Source: Bacillota bacterium
Lineage (GTDB): Bacteria > Bacillota > UBA994 > UBA5500
NCBI GenBank assembly: GCA_012735505.1
Contig: JAAYHE010000029.1
Span: 1,988-65,987 of the forward strand
Length of the DNA: 64,000 bases
Direction: 5' to 3'
The notes below the pieces were generated by a model. It was given only the letters and a program-made list of their open reading frames with translations, was not told the origin of the DNA and ran no database searches. The first letter of the stretch is position 1; every line of letters starts with the position of its first letter. Positions 1 to 8,585 of the stretch are shown piece by piece. A program made the position numbers and the translations under genes.

Positions 1-256
1 GGTTAATTGTATGGGTGGAAATCACGGCTTTTGCTTTCTGGCCCGAGGCAAGCAATGAGAGGACGGCCAGTAAGTAGGCTAGTGATTTGCCTGTTCCAGT
101 CCCTGCCTCAACCAATACGTGTTTTCTCTTGTAAATCCCATTAAGGATTAGACTAATCATTTCACTTTGGGCGTCCCGGCGTTCATAATTAGGGAATCTT
201 TCACCGAGTGTATCGAAAAAATGCTGCAAACAGTTCTTGATGGCTAACACGTCCAT
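1..256 (-). CDS. DinG-family ATP-dependent DNA helicase, N-terminal fragment (3' part outside the window)
   Basis: Reverse-complement translation from ATG at 254-256 gives MDVLAIKNCLQHFFDTLGERFPNYERRDAQSEMISLILNGIYKRKHVLVEAGTGTGKSLAYLLAVL. This has the Walker A GTGKS motif and the DinG/Rad3-like N-terminus. A GGGGGT RBS lies 7 nt upstream. The ORF is not in the ORF track because it runs off the window edge. Confidence 0.5.
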   Translation of the reverse strand, partial: MDVLAIKNCLQHFFDTLGERFPNYERRDAQSEMISLILNGIYKRKHVLVEAGTGTGKSLAYLLAVLSLLASGQKAKAVISTHTIN

Positions 257-288
257 GCTGTTACCCCCTTTCTGTCACAGCCCAGTTA

Positions 289-297
289 ATTATACCA
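289..297 (-). promoter_or_regulatory. extended -10 element (TGgTATAAT on the minus strand) upstream of the dinG-like start
   Basis: The reverse complement of attatacca is TGGTATAAT, about 35 nt upstream of the minus-strand ATG. No clear -35 is visible. Confidence 0.3.
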
Positions 298-371
298 TGC
301 TTCCATACCACAGACTTTACGAGTAAGGCTTATGTCTAGCGGGGTAAAATATGTGACAAGCAAGGGGGTGC

Positions 372-1292
372 TTGGAAATAGGGAAACTACGACTGTTATG
401 CAGGCGGCTAGTGCCATATTGGCATGCAATTCGAGGACCTTTTCTTTTTGCCTCCTGTATTCCCGCGTTGTTGGGAACAGCCATCAGCTACGCAGATCTG
501 GGCAGGATAAATTTGCCTCTGTTTCTGGCCTCTCTTTTCGGGTGTCTTGCCTTACATGCTGGGGCCAACGCTGCTAACGAATATTACGACTGGCTATTAG
601 GTGCAGATGCTTACCAGTCGCCGCAGGCTTTTTCCGGGGGCAGCCAAATGGTTGAAAAAGGGCTGTTGCCCGATGTGCGATTGCGGCAAGTATACTTAAC
701 ACTATATGTAGTAGCCGGCATCTTAGGAGTATTAGTTGCCAGGCGGGTAGGTTATTTGGCACTAGTAATAGGTGGGCTCGGGCTATTATTTGGACATTTT
801 TATACAGCTCCTCCAGTGTCCTTTTCCTACCGCGGATGGGGAGAACTGGTAACGGGAATTACTTTTGGGCCTTTGATAGTACTAGGCACTTATTACGCGC
901 AAACAGCTCGTCTCGATTGGAGGCCAATGTTGGCTTCTATGCCGCTAGGGCTGTTGATCACGGCAGTACTCTATATCAACGAGTTTCCTGATCGTGAAAG
1001 CGACGCCGTTGCCGGGAAGCGGAATTGGGTGGTCCTGACGCAAGGCCAAAACATAGGCATCTACCAAGCTCTTGTGTTGTTTGCTATTTTGGCAGCAATG
1101 CCGCTACTATCGACAACAAGCCCTTGGGTTATTTGCTTATACTTGCCTATCGCAGTCTTGGGGCTGCAAGCTGCATGGCAAGGAAAGAGAATTTTTCTGC
1201 GTCCTGAACGTTTATTACCAGTACAGGCCAAAACGATGCTCTTTTATGCGTTAACCGGCCTTTTCTTGTGCATCGTGTACCTTAAGGCGTAG
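372..1292 (+). CDS. menA: UbiA-family prenyltransferase, MenA-like (1,4-dihydroxy-2-naphthoate polyprenyltransferase)
   Basis: It is a 306-aa polytopic membrane protein. It has the Asp-rich motif ANAANEYYDWLLGADA (NxxxDxxxD-like) and a second D-rich region EFPDRESD. Length and hydrophobicity profile fit MenA. Confidence 0.55.
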   Translation: MEIGKLRLLCRRLVPYWHAIRGPFLFASCIPALLGTAISYADLGRINLPLFLASLFGCLALHAGANAANEYYDWLLGADAYQSPQAFSGGSQMVEKGLLPDVRLRQVYLTLYVVAGILGVLVARRVGYLALVIGGLGLLFGHFYTAPPVSFSYRGWGELVTGITFGPLIVLGTYYAQTARLDWRPMLASMPLGLLITAVLYINEFPDRESDAVAGKRNWVVLTQGQNIGIYQALVLFAILAAMPLLSTTSPWVICLYLPIAVLGLQAAWQGKRIFLRPERLLPVQAKTMLFYALTGLFLCIVYLKA

Positions 1293-1620
1293 GGCCAACG
1301 GTGGAAGTCCCGGGAACAAGGGACACCTTCACCGGCATACTAAAGTTGCAGTGAGGGCAGCAAGCGAGGTGTTGACAGTAGCCTTCGTAAACCGAGTCAT
1401 TGCTTTGTTGCAGCAACTCGTCTTCTTCATAGGGGGCGTAGGGTGCTAGAAGGCTATGCAGTTGCCCGTAGTCTTCCATCGATTTACTACACCGAGGGCA
1501 AGGAGTCCCGAGATTCTGCATGCCATTACAGACTGGACAGATGCTAGGCAATCTAACCACCTCCTTTGAACTATTCTTTCCTTGGAGTCTTATCGACATG
1601 CTCACTTTGGGGTCTGGCAT
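1282..1620 (-). CDS. hypothetical Cys-rich (double zinc-ribbon-like) small protein
   Basis: The 112-aa ORF contains CPVC...CPRC...CCPHC. It runs divergently from the DUF2229/activase genes. No recognisable family, so coding status is uncertain. Confidence 0.3.
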   Translation of the reverse strand: MPDPKVSMSIRLQGKNSSKEVVRLPSICPVCNGMQNLGTPCPRCSKSMEDYGQLHSLLAPYAPYEEDELLQQSNDSVYEGYCQHLACCPHCNFSMPVKVSLVPGTSTVGPTP

Positions 1621-1686
1621 AATACCCCTTATGTCTGGGAAAGATAGGCAGTAGGTTTATATATTACTAGGATTTGGGGTGATAGC

Positions 1687-2631
1687 TTGCGCGTTGGTAT
1701 TCCTCGGGCCCTCACCTACCATGATTATTTTCCGTTGTGGGAGACCTTTTTTCATAACTTAGGATGTGAAGTAGTTACTTCGCCCCCTACCACTCCAGAG
1801 ATTGCTAATGCTGGTGTGACTTTAGCGGGCGATGATGTTTGCTACCCAGTAAAGGTAATGTATGGGCACGTGGCGGAGTTGGCGAATAGGGTCGATGTGA
1901 TCTACGTGCCTCGCCTGTTCAGTACGGCCGGGGGTACCTGTGAATGCCCCAAATTGATTGGCTTGGCAGATATGTTGCGCCATAGTATTCCCCGCTTACC
2001 TCCTTTAATATCGCCCTACGTTAATCTGCGTCGAGGGAAAAGGGGGCTGTGGCGGGCGATTTATGCCACAGCTGCACCGATTACTCGTAACCCGAGACGC
2101 ATTTTTCGCGCGTATCAGGCGGGAAAAAAGGAGCTAATAGCATATCAGCGTCGCTACCAAACTGGCCTATTGCCGAATGAAAGCAAATCGCCAGCAGCTG
2201 ACAAAGGGCAGCTAGCTATAATTGGTCATTCCTACAACATTTATGACGGCTATGTAAACTTACGGCTCGTAGAACGACTCCTGGCCCGGGGCTACCGGGT
2301 ACTGACGCCCCAAATGTTAAGCAAGCGGGCTTTGGCTGAAGCTAACAAGATACTGCGTAAACCTCTATTTTGGTCAGCTGGGCGTACTGTTTTCGGAGCT
2401 GGTGCTTACTATGCCCGCCGTCCCGACGTAGCCGGCATCATTCACTTGGCATCTTTTGGGTGTGGGCTCGAGTCTTTACTTATCGATTTGGTGCAACGCG
2501 TGGCTAATGCGCATGGTAAGCCTCTGCTTTTGTTAACCATGGACGAGCATACGGGAGCAGCGGGAGTTGAAACCCGACTAGAAGCCTTTTTGGATATGCT
2601 CGCCTGGAAGGAGGATGTGGCTTGCGTGTGA
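1687..2631 (+). CDS. CoA-substrate-specific enzyme activase-associated protein (DUF2229-like), subunit 1
   Basis: TTG start with a GGGGGTGA RBS. It is paralogous to the next gene (shared ...LDEHTGAAG...RLEAF..DML C-terminal motif). Both lie just upstream of a BadF/BadG/BcrA/BcrD-type ATPase. Confidence 0.5.
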   Translation: MRVGIPRALTYHDYFPLWETFFHNLGCEVVTSPPTTPEIANAGVTLAGDDVCYPVKVMYGHVAELANRVDVIYVPRLFSTAGGTCECPKLIGLADMLRHSIPRLPPLISPYVNLRRGKRGLWRAIYATAAPITRNPRRIFRAYQAGKKELIAYQRRYQTGLLPNESKSPAADKGQLAIIGHSYNIYDGYVNLRLVERLLARGYRVLTPQMLSKRALAEANKILRKPLFWSAGRTVFGAGAYYARRPDVAGIIHLASFGCGLESLLIDLVQRVANAHGKPLLLLTMDEHTGAAGVETRLEAFLDMLAWKEDVACV

Positions 2632-3740
2632 CTTTCCCTCATATGGGGATGACCTGGGTGGGCGTCAAGCATCTGTTAGCCGAAGTCGGTTTCGACGTGG
2701 TAGTACCACCGCCCATCACACGGGCGACTCTAGAACTGGGCTCAAAACATTCCCCAGAATTCATTTGCCTGCCCTTTAAGGTGATGATCGGTAACTACCT
2801 GCAAGCTGTCGAGGCCGGGGCCGAAGCCATATTTATGTTAGGGGGTGTCGGGCCCTGCCGCTTGGGCTACTATGCTGAAGTGCAGCGTGAAATTCTTCAA
2901 GATTTAGGATTGCAGGTGCGCATGATCGTCTTGGAGAGGGATAACTTCGTCGGGGAAATATATCAAGCTGTGAAGTCAATTGGAAAAAAGATCGCGTGGC
3001 ATAAGTTACTACCCTTAGTGCGTTTTTGCTTAGCGAAAGTTGCCTACCTTGATAGACTCGAGGCCCAATTATTGCGAGAGCGCTACGGGGAAAGACAAGC
3101 AGGTAGCTGCAGCCAGCTTTTAGCTCGAGCAATGCAGCTGGTAGATCAAGCAAGTACTTGGACAGAGCTAAAGCATGTGCAAAAGGATATTGACCTTCAC
3201 CTACAACATATACTTCTGCCGGCTGCTGCAGGCCCGGCCCTGCGTATTGGCATTATTGGGGAAATCTACATGCTGATCGAGTCGGCAGTCAACTTTGGTA
3301 TAGGCGAACGTTTAGGTGAGTTGGGGGCTTCGGTGTCCCGCAATATGTATGGGTCTACTTGGGTACGAGAACACCTAATTCCCGATTGGCGAGCCTTTTT
3401 TAACGCACGACGTATTGCCCGGCATTGCCGTCCCTATATAGGGCAACGAGTTGGCGGACATGGTTTCGAATCCATTGGTTATGCTGTCGAATATGCTCGC
3501 CGCGGCTATGACGGACTAGTGCAAGTACTTCCCCTCACCTGCATGCCTGAGATAATCGCCAAGAGTATTTTGCCTACCGTCAGCCGAGACTGGCAGATTC
3601 CAATACTGACAGTTACCTTAGATGAACACGCTGGGGAAGCGGGCTTAATAACTAGGTTGGAAGCTTTTGTAGATATGTTGTTAGAACGAAAGAATCTTAG
3701 GGCAGGAGGGAAGTCGTATGCGCCTAGCTTTGGGAGTTGA
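2622..3740 (+). CDS. CoA-substrate-specific enzyme activase-associated protein (DUF2229-like), subunit 2
   Basis: It is a paralog of 1687..2631 with the shared C-terminal motif TLDEHAGEAGLITRLEAFVDML. It overlaps both neighbours, consistent with one operon. Confidence 0.5.
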   Translation: MRVTFPHMGMTWVGVKHLLAEVGFDVVVPPPITRATLELGSKHSPEFICLPFKVMIGNYLQAVEAGAEAIFMLGGVGPCRLGYYAEVQREILQDLGLQVRMIVLERDNFVGEIYQAVKSIGKKIAWHKLLPLVRFCLAKVAYLDRLEAQLLRERYGERQAGSCSQLLARAMQLVDQASTWTELKHVQKDIDLHLQHILLPAAAGPALRIGIIGEIYMLIESAVNFGIGERLGELGASVSRNMYGSTWVREHLIPDWRAFFNARRIARHCRPYIGQRVGGHGFESIGYAVEYARRGYDGLVQVLPLTCMPEIIAKSILPTVSRDWQIPILTVTLDEHAGEAGLITRLEAFVDMLLERKNLRAGGKSYAPSFGS

Positions 3741-4698
3741 CGTCGGGTCAGTTAGTACAAATTTAGTGGCTGTAGACGAGCAGGGGCGAGTACAAAGCAA
3801 GTTATATTTGCGTACCCAGGGAAATCCCATTCGGGTTGTGCAAGAAGGCCTAAAAGAGTTAAAAGCGACTTTGCCTCCCGACGCCGAGATTGTAGCCTGT
3901 GGCACTACAGGTAGCGGGCGCCGCCTTGCCGGTCATCTCCTGGCCGCTGATAGTGTGAAGAACGAAATTACAGCTCATGCTATGGCTGCTTTGTCGGTCA
4001 ATCCGCAGGTAAGAACAGTCTTCGAAATCGGAGGCCAAGACTCTAAGATCATCATCTTGAGAGATGGTGTAGTTGTTGACTTTGCTATGAACACCATCTG
4101 TGCAGCCGGCACAGGTTCGTTTCTTGACCGGCAAGCTGCCCGCCTAGGTGTACATATTTCGGAACTAGGTGATCTGGCTCTGTCTGCCAAACAGGCTACC
4201 CGTATCGCTGGGCGTTGTGCTGTTTTCGCCGAGTCGGACATGGTACATAAGCAACAAATGGGACATCCGGTAGCAGAAATTGTACGTGGACTCTGCGATG
4301 CGTTAGTGCGTAACTATTTAGGTAACGTGGCCAAAGGCAAGGATATCGAGCCGCCCATTATCTTTCAGGGTGGCGTGGCGGCAAATAAAGGGATACGTCA
4401 GGCTTTCGTTTCAGCCCTCCAGCAAGAAATTGAGGTACCTGAACACTATGATGTGATGGGAGCTTTAGGAGCCGCCTTGTTAGCAGAGCGAGCTACTGTG
4501 CATCGCGGTAAAGCTAGTTCATGGCGGGGATTTGCTGTGGCAGACGCTGATTGCCAAGCCGTTTCGCATGACTGCAATGGCTGTTCCAACTGTTGTGAAG
4601 TAGTAGAATTTCGCATTGCTAACGCTAGTATAGCTTGTTGGGGAGACCGTTGTGGCAAATGGAGCCATGGTAAAGTGGCTGAGGTAGCGGATAGTTAA
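3718..4698 (+). CDS. BadF/BadG/BcrA/BcrD-type ATPase (CoA-substrate-specific enzyme activase, HgdC-like) with a Cys-rich C-terminal tail
   Basis: It shows actin/ASKHA-fold motifs: LGVDVGSVSTNLV at the N-terminus, EIGGQDSKII, and AAGTGSFLD. The C-terminus carries CQAVSHDCNGCSNCC...CWGDRCGKW. Confidence 0.7.
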   Translation: MRLALGVDVGSVSTNLVAVDEQGRVQSKLYLRTQGNPIRVVQEGLKELKATLPPDAEIVACGTTGSGRRLAGHLLAADSVKNEITAHAMAALSVNPQVRTVFEIGGQDSKIIILRDGVVVDFAMNTICAAGTGSFLDRQAARLGVHISELGDLALSAKQATRIAGRCAVFAESDMVHKQQMGHPVAEIVRGLCDALVRNYLGNVAKGKDIEPPIIFQGGVAANKGIRQAFVSALQQEIEVPEHYDVMGALGAALLAERATVHRGKASSWRGFAVADADCQAVSHDCNGCSNCCEVVEFRIANASIACWGDRCGKWSHGKVAEVADS

Positions 4699-5263
4699 AG
4701 CGGAGAAGGGTGCGGTCGGGCGTGGTTATGGCGGTGCGTGCGCCCTTTTCCCCATGTGTTTATCCGGCCTGGGGCATCGTCCCCGGTGAGCCTATGGCCT
4801 ACCAGGCGGGCGTGTTTCAAAATGCCCAAGCCTGGAGGCTGTCCATTTTCCAAGACGCCCTACGATATGGCCAACATGCTGCCATATCTGTAGGGGCATC
4901 CCGCGGGCAAAATTGCCGGAGGCAATTTTGGCCAAGGTGCGCCCGCAATGGATTAACCACTGGCCCTGCAGCAAGCGTGGCGTTGCGCGTCATACGTAAA
5001 GCGCATTGGAGCCATAAATCACTAGAGCGAAGGAGCCAAGGAGAAAGGTGCGGCCAGCATTAAGTGGGCTCCTAGACTTCTGACTCTCCCCTTGGCAACG
5101 AAGCTCTTATCTACAGCTGCTGGCTACCAGCGCGCGATAACGCCGCCACGCTAGGCAGCAGTGTGCGCGAGCATGACTACGTCTGACCGACTTGCATTAG
5201 GGAACTTCCATCAGCCGAAAGGCTTCTCAATATGCCTTAAGAGGGCATTTTTTTATGCCGGGA

Positions 5264-5295
5264 TTGTTGACTAGGCCAGTGATGAGGGTTAACAT
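5264..5295. promoter_or_regulatory. candidate BirA operator (bioO-like inverted repeat TTGTTGAC-N16-GTTAACAT) upstream of bioY
   Basis: An imperfect inverted repeat with TGTTAAC-like half-sites lies 36 nt upstream of the bioY start. The birA gene 600 bp downstream encodes an N-terminal HTH, so it is a repressor-type BirA. Confidence 0.35.
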
Positions 5296-5330
5296 TATCA
5301 TCGTAGGAGAAAGAAAAGGTGTGACTTAGA

Positions 5331-5921
5331 ATGAAGTTAAACAGTAGGGAATTGACTAGAGCAGGGCTGTTTACTGCCTTACACATCGCGGCTGCTGTCA
5401 TTCTGCGTTTTGGTGGCGAGGCGGCGGTACCATTCAGTCTGGTGCCTTTGTTTGTGATCTTAGCAGGTACTTTGTTAGGCCCGCAAGGTGCTTGGAGCTT
5501 AGTGTTGTACGCCGTCATGGGCTTTTTGGGATTGCCTGTTTTTGCTCAGCCGCCTTACGGAGGAATTTCTTATCTGCTTCTACCTAGTGCAGGTTACATT
5601 TTTGGTTATATCTTAGCAGCTTGGTTTATCGGATGGGTCAGCAATCGGCTAGCCAAATTGACTGTTACTCGGCTCTTTTTGGTTAGCGTAGGCGGATTAG
5701 TCTTGCTTTATGCCTGTGGCCTACCCTATCTCTACGGCGTGTTTCGCTGGGTTGTCGGCAAACAACTGGAGCTGCAGCAGGTGTTGACCTTTGGTCTTTA
5801 TCCCTTCATTGGTTTCGACCTGGCCAAGGCCCTAGTGGCGTCTATGCTAACTATAGTTATTCGTAAACGCTTGCCCTCACTGCAAACAAAAGAGCCTGCC
5901 TCAGGACGTGCAGGCTTTTAG
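5331..5921 (+). CDS. bioY: biotin transporter BioY (ECF-type S component)
   Basis: It is a 196-aa membrane protein. It has BioY-like motifs LFVILAGTLLGPQGAW and GLPVFAQPPYGGISYLLLPSAGYIFGY. An AGGAGAAAG RBS precedes the ATG. Confidence 0.75.
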   Translation: MKLNSRELTRAGLFTALHIAAAVILRFGGEAAVPFSLVPLFVILAGTLLGPQGAWSLVLYAVMGFLGLPVFAQPPYGGISYLLLPSAGYIFGYILAAWFIGWVSNRLAKLTVTRLFLVSVGGLVLLYACGLPYLYGVFRWVVGKQLELQQVLTFGLYPFIGFDLAKALVASMLTIVIRKRLPSLQTKEPASGRAGF

Positions 5922-5928
5922 GTTCCCT

Positions 5929-6891
5929 TTAGCGGCTGGGACGGATGGAAACATCGCCAGCCAATACCTCTTTTGTTGAACCTCCGGGTAAGGCGATACG
6001 TAAAGCTCCAGTCGGTGTAATCCCTAATACGGTGCCAGAATATTGTTCAGTAGTTTCAATAACATTTACTTCTTTACCCTGCAAGCGATCATGTTTTTGC
6101 CAGGCCTGCAAGAGAGGTGTTACATCGGTTTGTTCTAGTAGCGGTAGTATTTGTTCCAACTCGAGGAGAATACGGGCCACAAGTTCCGCCCGATTTTGGG
6201 TTTTCTGTGTTTCCTGATAGAAAGACGTGGTCTTGGCCGCCATCTCAGCAGGTAATTGGGTGTGCTGCACATTCACCCCCATACCGATAACTACAAAGTC
6301 CACCTGGTCAAGCTCGCCACTTAATTCTGAGAGGATACCAGCGAGTTTGCGGTTGCCTACCCAGACATCGTTAGGCCATTTTAACCAGGCGTTCGTAAGG
6401 CCATAGGCATGTAGAGCTTCAACTAAAGCGACTCCGGCTGCTAAAGTCAGCATGGGTACCCGGCGCGCGGGTAAACGAGGGCGCAGGATTAAAGAGGCAA
6501 ATATGCCGCTCCCCTTAGTCGATATCCAGGTTCGCCCGCGCCGCCCGCGGCCTGCAGTTTGTTCCTCTGCAACAACCAGAGTCCCGTGGGCTGCCCCTTG
6601 CCGCGCCAATTCTTTAGCGGTGGTATTAGTGCTGGCTAAGCTATCTTGCCAGACGATATGCCTTCCCAAGTTGCCAGCTAAATAGAAGCCTATGAGCTCT
6701 GGTAACAAAAGATCAGGCCATTCTAACAGTTTATAGCCACTATTTTGTCGACCTTCGATTTTGAGGCCCAGTTTTTGTAATTTCTGCATTTGCTTCCAGA
6801 CAGCGGCTCGTGAGATACCCAGAGCGGTAGCGATCTCCTCACCGGATATTGGCCGAGGGTAAGCAGCGAGGAGCTTCCTAAGAACAGTCAT
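5929..6891 (-). CDS. birA: bifunctional biotin-[acetyl-CoA-carboxylase] ligase and biotin operon repressor BirA
   Basis: The N-terminal HTH (ISGEEIATALGISRAAVWKQMQKLQKLG) is followed by a ligase domain with GRGRRGRTW. It runs convergent with bioY. Confidence 0.8.
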   Translation of the reverse strand: MTVLRKLLAAYPRPISGEEIATALGISRAAVWKQMQKLQKLGLKIEGRQNSGYKLLEWPDLLLPELIGFYLAGNLGRHIVWQDSLASTNTTAKELARQGAAHGTLVVAEEQTAGRGRRGRTWISTKGSGIFASLILRPRLPARRVPMLTLAAGVALVEALHAYGLTNAWLKWPNDVWVGNRKLAGILSELSGELDQVDFVVIGMGVNVQHTQLPAEMAAKTTSFYQETQKTQNRAELVARILLELEQILPLLEQTDVTPLLQAWQKHDRLQGKEVNVIETTEQYSGTVLGITPTGALRIALPGGSTKEVLAGDVSIRPSR

Positions 6892-7570
6892 TATTCAACC
6901 TCCTGTCCCTCTTGCTGCTGCCGGTGAGCAAGCCAAGCTTCTCTAGCTGTTTCAATAAAACGATAATCAGCATAGCGCGGGGAGAAAATAATTGACTGAA
7001 CCAGCGGCGGGCCTGAGGAATACGTCCTAAACGCAGGTTAGTTTCAGCCAACATGTGTAGGAAATAGGCGGTGTCATCATCGTCCAACTGGGTCTCATAC
7101 GCTACCGTAAAAAAACGGCAGGCCGCTACGAGAAACTCTTTTTCCTTATCTGGCCGATTTCCTTGCCGATGCAACCAAGCAATGCGCATACAAATCCCAG
7201 CAAGGTATTTAAGCTGTTCTCGTTTGATATAGCCAGCGCCAAGAGCTAACTTGAAAGCATAAATAGCTTCTTGTTCGCCTCGCACATCACACAGCTGGGG
7301 CGGTCCTTTGAGTATATAGCGACTATAGGTGTCGTAAACAGTCTGTTTTTGTGCAGGTGAAAAAGGCGTGAAAGAATCAGAAAAGGCCCAGCCGCAGTAG
7401 GGGCAGACGTTGATTTCATAATAATATGGGTTAATAGGCTCAAAGTAGGCGCAAAGGTCACTATCCTGCCGAACAACCCGAGCTTTGTTGCTGCGCACCT
7501 TCTTAGTGGTAAATTCTTCGTTGCAGGCCAGGCAATTGTAACGTTTGTCATATAAGAATTGATTCATCAA
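6878..7570 (-). CDS. DUF2225-like protein (N-terminal zinc ribbon plus helical/TPR-like domain)
   Basis: It has CLACNEEF...CPYCGW at the N-terminus. It overlaps the birA start, suggesting they are co-transcribed. Confidence 0.45.
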   Translation of the reverse strand: MMNQFLYDKRYNCLACNEEFTTKKVRSNKARVVRQDSDLCAYFEPINPYYYEINVCPYCGWAFSDSFTPFSPAQKQTVYDTYSRYILKGPPQLCDVRGEQEAIYAFKLALGAGYIKREQLKYLAGICMRIAWLHRQGNRPDKEKEFLVAACRFFTVAYETQLDDDDTAYFLHMLAETNLRLGRIPQARRWFSQLFSPRAMLIIVLLKQLEKLGLLTGSSKRDRRLNNDCS

Positions 7571-7676
7571 GTTGACACTCCCGGTGAATACGTTATTTTA
7601 CCAGCCGCTTTTTATTATATTGCATTTGTTAGGGTTGAGCAAAAGGCCAAGGCAAAAGGTTTTTTTGGAGACCCCC

Positions 7677-7705
7677 TTGTCAAGTGGACAACTTTGTTGT
7701 ATCAT
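7677..7705 (+). promoter_or_regulatory. sigma-A-type promoter for rubrerythrin (TTGTCA -35, 17 nt spacer, TATCAT -10)
   Basis: TTGTCA at 7677-7682 and TATCAT at 7700-7705, about 45 nt before the ATG, which has an AAGGAGG RBS. Confidence 0.45.
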
Positions 7706-7749
7706 AGATACAAATAAATAATAATCACTACTATTAAGGAGGTGCCTCA

Positions 7750-8283
7750 ATGAACCTAAAGGGTACAAAGACAGAAGCTAATTTGTGGACTGCTTTTGCT
7801 GGTGAGTCTCAAGCTCGCAACAAGTATAGTTATTGGGCTAGCCAGGCCAAGAAAGAAGGTTATCAGCAGATTGCTGCTATCTTCGAAGAAACGGCCAATG
7901 ATGAAAAGGAGCACGCTAAGAGGCTATTTAAGTTTCTAGGCGGCATCACTAATACAGCTGACCATCTGAAGCTAGCAGCTGAGGGTGAAAACTACGAGTG
8001 GAGCACCATGTACAAAGAATTTGCCGAGGTAGCACGCGAAGAAGGCTTCGAAGAGATCGCTAGGGTCTTCACCGAGATCGCAGAGGTAGAAGTTGAACAC
8101 GAGAAACGCTACCTAAAGCTATTAGAGAATGTAAAAGCTGGCCGCGTATTTAAGCGCGATGAGGTAGTTAAGTGGCATTGCCGCAACTGCGGTTATGTAC
8201 ATGAAGGCAAGGAAGCCCCCGAGGTCTGCCCTGCCTGCGATCATCCACAAGCATACTATGAGCTCTACTGCGAGAACTATTAA
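7750..8283 (+). CDS. rbr: rubrerythrin (diiron domain plus C-terminal rubredoxin-like CxxC...CxxC)
   Basis: It has E..H diiron ligand motifs (EKEHAKR, EVEHEKRY). The C-terminus carries CRNCGYVHEG...CPACDHP. Confidence 0.85.
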   Translation: MNLKGTKTEANLWTAFAGESQARNKYSYWASQAKKEGYQQIAAIFEETANDEKEHAKRLFKFLGGITNTADHLKLAAEGENYEWSTMYKEFAEVAREEGFEEIARVFTEIAEVEVEHEKRYLKLLENVKAGRVFKRDEVVKWHCRNCGYVHEGKEAPEVCPACDHPQAYYELYCENY

Positions 8284-8294
8284 TCTACAAGAAG

Positions 8295-8320
8295 CCGCCC
8301 GTAAAGGGCGGTTTTCTTTT
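8295..8320 (+). terminator. rho-independent terminator after rubrerythrin
   Basis: A ccgccc/gggcgg stem with a gtaaa loop is followed by TTTTCTTTTT. Confidence 0.6.
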
Positions 8321-8374
8321 TAGTAGGAGGCGTTTACTTTTCCTGTTGCCGGCGAAGCTTATAGTGTATACTGG

Positions 8375-8535
8375 ACATGGAGCAAGGTGCCCCTTTGTGG
8401 GAGAATAGGGAATCAGGTGAGAAACCTGAGCGGTCCCGCCACTATAACTACCCTGCTATTAGGGGTAGAAGCCAGGAGACCTGCCTTGCGCTTATGGCAC
8501 CGGCCTTCGGAGCAAAGGTCAGGGCATATTTGTCC
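8375..8535 (+). promoter_or_regulatory. cobalamin (B12) riboswitch
   Basis: The conserved core GGGAAtcaGGTGagAAaCCtgaGCgGtCCCGCCACTaTaa lies at 8408-8448 and the B12 box GCCAGGAGACCTGCC at 8471-8485. A possible -10 TATACT lies at 8367-8372. Confidence 0.75.
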
Positions 8536-8539
8536 TTTT

Positions 8540-8565
8540 GCTTAGGCGGTGGCCTAAGCTTTTTT
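8540..8565 (+). terminator. riboswitch expression-platform terminator (gcttaggc-ggtg-gcctaagc + T6)
   Basis: A perfect 8-bp stem followed by TTTTTT lies immediately before the permease RBS GGAGGAGGGG. Confidence 0.6.
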
Positions 8566-8585
8566 AATTGGGAGGAGGGGTGGTT

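Noticed and set aside
4710-5063. 117-aa ORF in the GC-rich gap before bioY
   Set aside because: It has no RBS and no recognisable motifs, and its composition is typical of a random GC-rich reading frame. It is treated as part of the unexplained non-coding region, not as a gene.
4699-5263. Possible tmRNA, RNase P RNA, SRP RNA or second B12 riboswitch in the long gap
   Set aside because: None of the hallmark motifs are present: no GGTTCGA...CCACCA 3' end, no GGAAAGTCCGG, no GGAAGGAAGCAGC, and no GGTGnnAAnCC...CCCGCnACTG core. The CCACTGG segment alone is insufficient.
7711-7745. PerR/Fur-type box in the rubrerythrin promoter (AATAATAATCACTACTATTA)
   Set aside because: Only 5-bp arms (TAATA/TATTA) with an 8-nt spacer, which does not fit the 7-1-7 Fur-family architecture. 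It is probably just AT-rich promoter-proximal sequence.
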